From assembly GCA_021810565.1 (NCBI GenBank), contig JAJZIM010000003.1, positions 8,911-72,910 of the forward strand: a stretch of 64,000 bases of DNA, read 5' to 3'. Below, one piece after another: positions 57,453-64,000 of the stretch. Numbering within the stretch: the stretch's first letter is position 1; each line of letters opens with the position of its first letter. The notes beneath the pieces are model-generated. The model ran no database searches. It had not been told where the DNA came from and was given only the letters and a program-made list of their open reading frames with translations. A program made the translations under genes and the position numbers. The stretch is from Bacillota bacterium. GTDB taxonomy: Bacteria > Bacillota > Sulfobacillia > JAJZIM01.

Positions 57453-57791
57453 ATGGCGGAAGTGGAGGTCCGGGCCACGGTGACCGTGGTGGGGTCGCGG
57501 CTGGAGGACAGCTGCAGTGCCGGGGGGTGAGGCCCCACGCAATCTCTGGAGGAGATTACGCTGTTCTACCGGCGCTTTTTGCGCCAGGACTTCGGCGACC
57601 AGGTGCTCATGGAGTACGTGGACGTGGACGACGAGCGGCTCGGCGACTACCCGCAGGCCAAGGAGGCCCTGCAGCAGGGGCGCTACCTGCCCCTGGTGCT
57701 GATCAACGGGGCGGTGACCTTCGAGGGGGGCCTGCCCTGGCGGTACCTGCTGGAGGAGCTGGAGCAGATGGGCATCAGGCGGGTGGGCTAG
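57453..57791 (+). CDS. YuzD/DUF1462-like thioredoxin-fold small protein interrupted by an in-frame TGA (57528-57530)
   Basis: The same frame reads 'MAEVEVRATVTVVGSRLEDSCSAGG*GPTQSLEEITLFYRRFLRQDFGDQVLMEYVDVDDERLGDYPQAKEALQQGRYLPLVLINGAVTFEGGLPWRYLLEELEQMGI'. Family assignment is from memory and tentative. Confidence 0.4.
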
Positions 57792-57820
57792 TCGGACCGC
57801 CGGGTCCGCGGGAGAGGATT

Positions 57821-58093
57821 TTGAAGTTGTACCTCAAAGACACCAAGGACCTGGTGGAGCGCATGAAGCGCATCGAGGGGCAGGCCCGGGGTATCCAGCG
57901 GATGATTGACGAGCAGCAGGAATGCGAGGCCATCGTCATCCAGCTGGCGGCCATGAAGGCGGCCCTGAACAAGGTGGCCATGGTGGTGATCGGCTGCCAC
58001 ATGGCCGAGCAGCTGCGGGGGGAGGAGGCCGACCAGGCGGCGGAGGACCAGGCCGTGGACTCGGCCATCCGCATCTTCACCAAGTTCTCATGA
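57821..58093 (+). CDS. CsoR/RcnR-family metal-sensing transcriptional repressor
   Basis: 'MIDEQQECEAIVIQLAAMKAALNKVAMVVIGCHMAEQL' (C...H...C ligand pattern). TTG start. Confidence 0.7.
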   Translation: MKLYLKDTKDLVERMKRIEGQARGIQRMIDEQQECEAIVIQLAAMKAALNKVAMVVIGCHMAEQLRGEEADQAAEDQAVDSAIRIFTKFS

Positions 58094-58158
58094 GGAAGAG
58101 CACAGGCCCGGCGGAACCCGCCGGGCCTGATCATTTCCCCGCTGCGGCCTGCTCCAGG

Positions 58159-60546
58159 TCAGGCCCACAGGAGATCTTCCTGGGCGGGCGCGGGCTCGCG
58201 CCGGGGCAGCCGGACGCCCTGCAGCCGGACCAGGCGCGCCTCTCCCGCCGCCAGGGATACCCGGTGCTCCCGGTCGGATCCCGGCAGCCGCCAGGTGGCG
58301 ACGCCTCCCTCGGCGCTGGCCAAGAAGAGGGCGACCTCGTTGCCGCGGGCCAGGGCCAGCCGGAAGCCCTGTCCCGGGAACAGCTCCGTCACCTCTTCGG
58401 GGAACACCTCCACCGGCAGGGGCGAGCGCACCGGGGCGGTGGCGTAGAGGGTGCCCTGGTGCAGGAACCAGGAGAGGCGGCCACCTGCCAAGGGTACCCG
58501 GCCCGCCGCCAGCCAGGTCCACTGGGGCGGCAGGTGAGGCTGGATAAGCGGGCCGTCGACGGCGGGCTCCAGACCCGCCAGGCCCTCCAGCCCCAGCCAC
58601 AGGTAGGTGGGCGGCATCCAGGGGGACAGGGCCATGCCGCAGCTCTCGAAGGTCTCGCCGTGCAGCCGCTCCGGGAACTGACCGGGGCACACCCGCCCGT
58701 AGTCCCGGGGGCGGGCCACCTCGCTCAAGGAGTAGATCTGCTCCATGGCCCGGGCCACCAGGGCGGGACGCACGCGGCGGGCGGCATAGGCCACCCAGGC
58801 CGTGAGGTTGGCCCACACGCCGCCCATGAGCTGCGCACTGCCCGCGGGGTCGTAGCCGGGCTCGTCCCGGCCCACGGTGCGGCAGCCGAAGGGGCTCCAA
58901 AAATCCGGGCCGGTCAAAAGATCCAGCACCCGGCCTTTCAGCTCCTCGTCCGCCAGGTCGTACAGCAGGGGGAAGACCTGGTCGCCCGTGCGGTCGTGGC
59001 GCTCCCGGCCCTGACCGTCCCGGGCCAAAAGGTACAGGCCGGTCCGGGGGGAGATGAGCTGGGAGCGGATGTTCTCCCGCAGGGCGACCGCGGCGGCGGC
59101 GTAGCGCTGGGCCCCGGCGGGGTCGGACGCGTGCCGGCACAGCTCGGCCAGCCGAAACAGGGCGGCGGCGCAGGCGGCGTTGATCTCGGTCACCGCCCCA
59201 TCCAGGCGGTAGCCGGGAATGACGTTGCGCCAGCCGGCGATGCCCCGGACGTTGGTGCCGGGGGCCTCGCAACGCACCAGGCCGCCGCGCGTCTGGGAGA
59301 TGATGCGGTCGGCGGCCCGCCGCAAGGACGGCAGCACCTGGACCAGGAAGTCCCGGCCGGCCGTAGCGGCCCAGTGGTGGTGGCAGGCCAGGATGAAAAG
59401 CGGCGTGTCGTCGTTGAGGGACAGCCCGTAGTCGTCGCGGCTCACGGGCCGGTCGGCCAGGCGCAGGAACTCCGCCAGCTTGCCGTCCTCCATGGCCGCC
59501 TCCTGGCCCACCAGCTGCAGCATGCGGCGAGTGAAGGCGGGGGTCAGGTAGTCGGCTCCCAGGGCGTACCAAGCCGCGTCCCGCACCACCAGGATGTCCT
59601 GGGGCGGGTCGTTGGTGAAGCCGGGTCCCCCCGGGTAGTGGTGCTGCACCCGCAGCAGGTTCACCTTGGCCCAACGTACCCCCCGGTTGATCACCGGGCT
59701 GGGGGTATACAGGTCCGAGAGCTCGAGCAGCCGCTCCAGGATGCGGCGGCTCTCCCGGAAGACGGCGCGGCACTCCCCGATCCGGGCCAAATCCTCCAGG
59801 GCGGCCGCCTCCCCTTCCCGGGACATGGCCAGGGAGAAGGGGATCTCCCGGCGGCTCTCGGGCGGCAGGTCGAAGCGGTAGACCAGCCGGAAGCGTCCCG
59901 GGTCGGCGAAGTCATATTCCGCCGGCGGCTGCGGGCAGCCGAAGGCCCGGTGCTCCTCGGCCTGGCGGCCCGGCCCGGGCAGGGTGGCGGCCACCACCGC
60001 GGTGTCCAGGAGCTTCAGTTGGAACTCCTTCTCCTGCTGGTGCCCCGGCACGGGGAGGAACACCTCGCCGGGGGAGGGAGCCCTGAAAGATCCTTGCACC
60101 CTGACCTCCAGCCGACGGGCTTTGGGCGAGGCGTTGCGCGCCGTGAGCACCAGGTATACCAGGCGCTGCGGCCCCGATCGAAAGGGGACGAAGAAGGTCT
60201 TGGCCACCAGCACGCCGTCCCGGCGGTGCTCGGTGGTCTGATGCAGGGGAGCGAAAAGGGTGTCCCGGGGCGCCAGGGGTTCCCCGTCCAGGCTGAGGTC
60301 GAGGCGGATGGCGCCGGCGTAGTACTGGCCGTCGCTGCACCAGGCGGCCGCCAGGTCGGAGGCGCGGTCCGCCACGGCGAAGGTCTCCCGGTTGCCCAGG
60401 CTGGCACCGCCGGCCAGCTGCTCCACCGAGTAGCGGTAAGTCAGGCGCTCTTGATCGATCAGGTCCCAAAGATCGGCGGTGGGGATGACGAGCAACTCCT
60501 TTCCCGATGGACGACCGGGGATCGTATCCGCCGCAAAGCATTTCAC
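58159..60546 (-). CDS. six-hairpin glycosidase (amylo-alpha-1,6-glucosidase / glycogen-debranching-like, GH63/GDE_C-like)
   Basis: 795 aa. '(alpha/alpha)6' region 'FGCRTVGRDEPGYDPAGSAQLMGGVWANLTAWV...'. Start uncertain. Confidence 0.55.
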   Translation of the reverse strand: MKCFAADTIPGRPSGKELLVIPTADLWDLIDQERLTYRYSVEQLAGGASLGNRETFAVADRASDLAAAWCSDGQYYAGAIRLDLSLDGEPLAPRDTLFAPLHQTTEHRRDGVLVAKTFFVPFRSGPQRLVYLVLTARNASPKARRLEVRVQGSFRAPSPGEVFLPVPGHQQEKEFQLKLLDTAVVAATLPGPGRQAEEHRAFGCPQPPAEYDFADPGRFRLVYRFDLPPESRREIPFSLAMSREGEAAALEDLARIGECRAVFRESRRILERLLELSDLYTPSPVINRGVRWAKVNLLRVQHHYPGGPGFTNDPPQDILVVRDAAWYALGADYLTPAFTRRMLQLVGQEAAMEDGKLAEFLRLADRPVSRDDYGLSLNDDTPLFILACHHHWAATAGRDFLVQVLPSLRRAADRIISQTRGGLVRCEAPGTNVRGIAGWRNVIPGYRLDGAVTEINAACAAALFRLAELCRHASDPAGAQRYAAAAVALRENIRSQLISPRTGLYLLARDGQGRERHDRTGDQVFPLLYDLADEELKGRVLDLLTGPDFWSPFGCRTVGRDEPGYDPAGSAQLMGGVWANLTAWVAYAARRVRPALVARAMEQIYSLSEVARPRDYGRVCPGQFPERLHGETFESCGMALSPWMPPTYLWLGLEGLAGLEPAVDGPLIQPHLPPQWTWLAAGRVPLAGGRLSWFLHQGTLYATAPVRSPLPVEVFPEEVTELFPGQGFRLALARGNEVALFLASAEGGVATWRLPGSDREHRVSLAAGEARLVRLQGVRLPRREPAPAQEDLLWA

Positions 60547-60740
60547 ATTATGTAGCAGCCTTCGTAGTCGGGCAAACCCGGCGAGTCGGCGCCAGCCGTC
60601 CTGGCGGTGGATCAGGGTTGCCTCGGGCGGGTTGGGGCGTCCCGGCGGGTATTTTCGGCGGCTTGGCGCGTTCTGGCGCCTATAAAGGTCGGCTTCGGTG
60701 CAGTATAATCTGGTCAGACGGCAAAAGGGAGGGAACCGGC

Positions 60741-62522
60741 TTGGACGGCTTCATCCTGGGCACCAACTACTGGCCGCGCCGGACCGGGGTGAACATGTGG
60801 GAGCGCTGGGATCCGGCGGCGGTGGACGCGGAGCTGGGCGAGGTGGCCGCCCTGGGCCTGGGCGCGGTGCGCATCTTCCTATTGTGGCGGGACTTCCAGT
60901 CCGGCCCGGTGGCGGTGGATCCCGCGGCCCTGGCCAAGCTGGACCAGTTCCTGGCCTTGGCCCAGCGCTGGGGCCTGGGGGTGGTGCCCACCTGCTTCAC
61001 TGGACACATGTCCGGGGAGAATTACGACGTGCCCTGGCGGCAGGGGCGCTGTCCCTACACCGACCCTGAGCTGCTGCGCGCCCAGGCCTTTCTGCTGGCC
61101 ACCCTGGGCCGGCGCTACCGGGAGCACCCCGCCCTGCTCTTTTGGGACCTGGCCAACGAGCCGGACATCTTCCGGCGCCCGCCCTCGGCCGCGGCGGGCT
61201 GGCTGTGGGCGCGCTTCCTGGCCGGCGAGCTGCGCCGGGCCGACCCGCACCATCCGGTGACGGTGGGGCTGCACCTGGGCTGCCTCACCGCCGACGTGGG
61301 CCTGCGGCCCGCGGACCTGGCCGAGGCCTGCGACTTCCTGAGCCTGCACGCCTATCCCATGTACACCTCCCTGTGCCCGGACCCGCCCGAGGCCCTGCGT
61401 CCCGGCTATCTGGCCGCCTTCGCGGCGCGCCTGGCCGCGGGGATGACCGGGAAAGGGGTCCTGATGGAGGAATTCGGGACCTCCAGTCAGCTTTGGGGGG
61501 CGGCGGCGGAGGGAGCGCACCACGGCACGGTGCTGGGCAGCCTCTTGGCCAACGGCGCCCGGGGCGCCTTCGGCTGGTGCTTCGGCGACTTCGCCTGCGA
61601 CGAGGAGCCCCCCTACGAGGCCACCCCTTACGAGGCGGCCTTCGGGCTGACGGATGCGGCGGGGCGGGTGAAGCCCTCCGGGGAGGCCTGGCGAGGCTTC
61701 GCCGCCTTCCTGGCGGGGTCGGGACTTTCCGGCGCGACCCCGGAGCCGGCCGGGGCCGCCGTCCTGATCCCCGACGCCTACTACGACCACCCCGACGGCC
61801 TGACCCCCGAGCGTCACGCCGGGGTGCTCTTCAACGCCTTCGTCCTGGCCAAGCAGGCCGGGCTGGACGTGGACTTCCTGCCGGCCCGAGCGGCTCCCGG
61901 CCCCTACCGCCTGCTGATCATGCCTTCCTGGCCGCGCCGGGGTGGTCTGGGCGCCGCCGCCTGGCGGCGGGTGCGGGAGTTCGTCCGCGGCGGCGGCGTG
62001 CTGTACCTGTCCTACGACGGCTTCGCCGCCGCCGAACTGGCCGAGCTGGCCGGCGCCCGGCTCTTGGGTCCCCGGCCGGGGCCCGGGGGCGTCAGCTTCG
62101 CCGACCGGGGGTTGGGGACCGATCTTTCCTGCTCCCCCGGCGTTCCCTGGCACCTGGGGGTGCAGCCGGGGGCGGGACGGCTCCTGGCGGCGGACCCGGC
62201 GCTGGCGGGGGGGCTTTTGGAGCACCATCCCGGCCGGGGCGGCGTGCTCCTGGCCACCTGGCCCCTGGAGTGGGATCTTGGTCGGCGGTCGAACCCGTAC
62301 CCGACCGATCGAAGTTATCTCGTGTATCGGCGCGCGGGGGAACTGGCCGGCCTGGCGCCGCCGGTCCGCCCGCCTTCCCTGGAGGTCAGGGGCTGGCGGC
62401 GCGGCGAGGGGCGGCGGCTCCTGGCGGTGAACCATGGGGCGCAGCCGGTGGCGGTGGAACCCGGCGGTGCGGGGGAGCTGGCCCCCGGGGAGACCCGGGT
62501 GCTGTCCGGGGAGGTGGCGTAG
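60741..62522 (+). CDS. glycoside hydrolase, TIM-barrel (GH5/GH113-like) with C-terminal GH42-trimerisation-like domain
   Basis: TTG after AGGGAGGG. 'LLFWDLANEP' (NEP acid/base motif) and 'LMEEFG' (nucleophile region). Confidence 0.6.
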   Translation: MDGFILGTNYWPRRTGVNMWERWDPAAVDAELGEVAALGLGAVRIFLLWRDFQSGPVAVDPAALAKLDQFLALAQRWGLGVVPTCFTGHMSGENYDVPWRQGRCPYTDPELLRAQAFLLATLGRRYREHPALLFWDLANEPDIFRRPPSAAAGWLWARFLAGELRRADPHHPVTVGLHLGCLTADVGLRPADLAEACDFLSLHAYPMYTSLCPDPPEALRPGYLAAFAARLAAGMTGKGVLMEEFGTSSQLWGAAAEGAHHGTVLGSLLANGARGAFGWCFGDFACDEEPPYEATPYEAAFGLTDAAGRVKPSGEAWRGFAAFLAGSGLSGATPEPAGAAVLIPDAYYDHPDGLTPERHAGVLFNAFVLAKQAGLDVDFLPARAAPGPYRLLIMPSWPRRGGLGAAAWRRVREFVRGGGVLYLSYDGFAAAELAELAGARLLGPRPGPGGVSFADRGLGTDLSCSPGVPWHLGVQPGAGRLLAADPALAGGLLEHHPGRGGVLLATWPLEWDLGRRSNPYPTDRSYLVYRRAGELAGLAPPVRPPSLEVRGWRRGEGRRLLAVNHGAQPVAVEPGGAGELAPGETRVLSGEVA

Positions 62523-63464
62523 GTGGGCTACCTTTTGGGGGTGGACCTGGGCGGCACCAAGATCGAGGTGGGGGTGGTCAGCCGGGAGGGCGTGCTGGGG
62601 CAGCGCCTGCGCGTGCCCACGCCCCGGGGCCAGGGAACGGCGGCGGTGGTGGACCACATTCGGGCGGCCATGGGGGAGGTGCTGCGGCGGGCCGAGGTGG
62701 CGTGGGGCGCGCTGGACGGCGTCGGCGTGGGCGCCCCGGGGCCGCTGGACCGGCAGGCTGGGGTGATCCTGGAGGCGCCCAACCTGCCGGAGCTCAACGG
62801 CTTTCCCCTGGCCGCGGCCCTGGCGGAAGGCGGCGTGCCCCTGTACCTGGAGAACGACGCCAACGCGGCGGCCCTGGGCGAGTACCGCTTCGGGGCCGGA
62901 CGGGGGAGCGCCGACCTGGTGTACGTCACCGTGAGCACCGGCATCGGCGGCGGGATCATCCTGGGCGGTCGTCTGTACCGCGGCGTGTCGGGGACGGCGG
63001 GGGAGGTGGGCCACACGGTGGTGGAGGTGGAGGGTCCGCCGTGCGCCTGCGGCAGCCGCGGCTGCCTGGAGACCCTGGCCTCGGGTACCGCCATCGCCCG
63101 CCAGGCGGCGGCGGCCCTGGCGGCGGGCCGGGAAAGCGTGCTCGCGGCGGAGGGCCTGGATGCGGCCGCGGTCTACCGGGCGGCCGGGGCGGGGGACGTC
63201 CTGGCCCGGGAGATCACCGAGCGCGCGGGCTACTACCTGGGAGTGGGCATCAGCAACCTGATCAACCTGTTGAACCCCGAGCGGGTGATCCTGGGCGGCG
63301 GGGTGGTGCAGGCGGGTCGGGACCTGTTCGATCCGGTGGAGCGCGCGGTGCGGGAGCGCGCGCTGAAGGTGCCGGCCGCGGCCTGCCGCATCCTTCCCGC
63401 CGGCCTCGGCCAGGACGCCGGGGTGCTGGGCGCGGCGGCGGTGGTGCTGGAGCAGGCCGGATAG
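62523..63464 (+). CDS. ROK-family sugar kinase (glucokinase-like)
   Basis: 'LLGVDLGGTKIEVGVV' and 'CACGSRGCLETLASG' zinc motif. Confidence 0.85.
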   Translation: MGYLLGVDLGGTKIEVGVVSREGVLGQRLRVPTPRGQGTAAVVDHIRAAMGEVLRRAEVAWGALDGVGVGAPGPLDRQAGVILEAPNLPELNGFPLAAALAEGGVPLYLENDANAAALGEYRFGAGRGSADLVYVTVSTGIGGGIILGGRLYRGVSGTAGEVGHTVVEVEGPPCACGSRGCLETLASGTAIARQAAAALAAGRESVLAAEGLDAAAVYRAAGAGDVLAREITERAGYYLGVGISNLINLLNPERVILGGGVVQAGRDLFDPVERAVRERALKVPAAACRILPAGLGQDAGVLGAAAVVLEQAG

Positions 63465-63494
63465 ACGGGGACGATCGGAGGGGGAGGTGCCGGA

Positions 63495-64000
63495 ATGATC
63501 CTGACCGTGGGGGAAGCCCTGGTGGACCTGTTGGCCACCCGACCGGGGGAACTGGCGACCGGCAGCACCCTGCAGCTTTTTCCCGGGGGGGCGCCGGCCA
63601 ACGTGGCGGTGGCGGCCATCCGCCTGGGGATGCGCGCGGGGATTCTGGCCCGGGTGGGGGACGACCCCCTGGGGCGAGTGCTGGAGCGGACCCTTAGGGA
63701 GGAAGGAGTGGACGTGCGGTGGCTGGCCTGGGACCGGGCGCACCCCACGGCCCTGGCCTTCGTGACCCTGGGCCGGGGCGGCGAGCGCTCCTTCTTCTTC
63801 CCCTGGCGGGAGACCGCCGACGCCTTCCTGTCGCCCCAGGACGTGCCGGGGCGGCTGCCGGCGGACGCCCGGGTGCTGCATTTCGCGGGGGTCAGCCTGG
63901 CGCGGGAGCCCGCCCGTTCGGCCACTCGGCAGGCCGTGGCGCTGTTTCGCGCCGGAGGGCGCCTGGTGAGCTTCGATCCCAACCTGCGCCTGGGGCTTTG
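63495..64000 (+). CDS. PfkB-family carbohydrate kinase (fructokinase/KDG kinase-like), 3'-truncated by window edge
   Basis: 'MILTVGEALVDLL...LFPGGAPANVAVAAIRLG'. No stop before the window end. Confidence 0.75.
   Translation, partial: MILTVGEALVDLLATRPGELATGSTLQLFPGGAPANVAVAAIRLGMRAGILARVGDDPLGRVLERTLREEGVDVRWLAWDRAHPTALAFVTLGRGGERSFFFPWRETADAFLSPQDVPGRLPADARVLHFAGVSLAREPARSATRQAVALFRAGGRLVSFDPNLRLGL

Noticed and set aside
57922-63881. 877-aa plus-strand ORF, 1000-aa minus-strand ORF and 851-aa plus-strand ORF overlapping the GH/ROK genes
   Set aside because: Alternative-frame or antisense artefacts. The real genes (GH, GH5-like, ROK) have clear motifs in their own frames.

Overview
This is a high-GC segment (visibly ~65-70% GC) that looks like a Gram-positive/S-layer-bearing bacterial chromosome. 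It encodes at least four SLH-domain proteins, a SigI/RsgI pair and B. subtilis-style pyrG leader logic. From 5' to 3' the window contains the following.

(1) A Type I restriction R subunit (hsdR, cut by the window edge) is followed 24 nt later, on the same strand, by an OLD-family ABC-ATPase/Toprim nuclease.

(2) Next comes a short accessory island: an hsdR-C-terminal-like remnant, a DUF45/YgjP metallopeptidase, an unknown membrane protein with an AT-rich C-terminal domain, and a membrane-tethered NERD-domain protein. It is bounded by two excisionase-like HTH genes, a Cys-rich ORF and a tyrosine integrase.

(3) Housekeeping and transport genes follow: a MopB molybdopterin oxidoreductase, a marR-hlyD-emrA-emrA-emrB efflux operon, pyrG with a reiterative-transcription-type attenuator, and a carboxyltransferase.

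(4) A second accessory island holds tandem Uma2 endonuclease paralogs, a DUF5678 gene, a frameshifted retropepsin-like protease, a pRiA4-ORF3 protein, vapBC, MNT/HEPN and a frameshifted PIN gene.

(5) Then come panB-panE, a large S-layer protein, a macAB-type ABC exporter, a peptidase G1-like protein, an AT-rich PIN/HTH toxin-antitoxin insert, ctpA and further SLH proteins.

(6) A 'junkyard' region follows: HEPN/MNT pairs, an AAA ATPase, three partial or complete copies of an AAA_14/DUF4143 ATPase, a group II intron RT fragment, vapBC, MNT-HepT and a ~300 bp segmental duplication.

(7) The 3' end carries redox genes (thioredoxins, NifU-like, rhodanese, DUF302, CsoR, FmdB), a YuzD-like ORF interrupted by an in-frame TGA, sigI-rsgI and a carbohydrate utilisation locus (two GHs, ROK and PfkB kinases).

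The most interesting candidates are the hsdR-coupled OLD/PARIS-like nuclease with its integrase-bounded neighbourhood, the G5-tract frameshift that sits exactly in the DTGA catalytic motif of the aspartic protease, and the in-frame TGA with a downstream hairpin.
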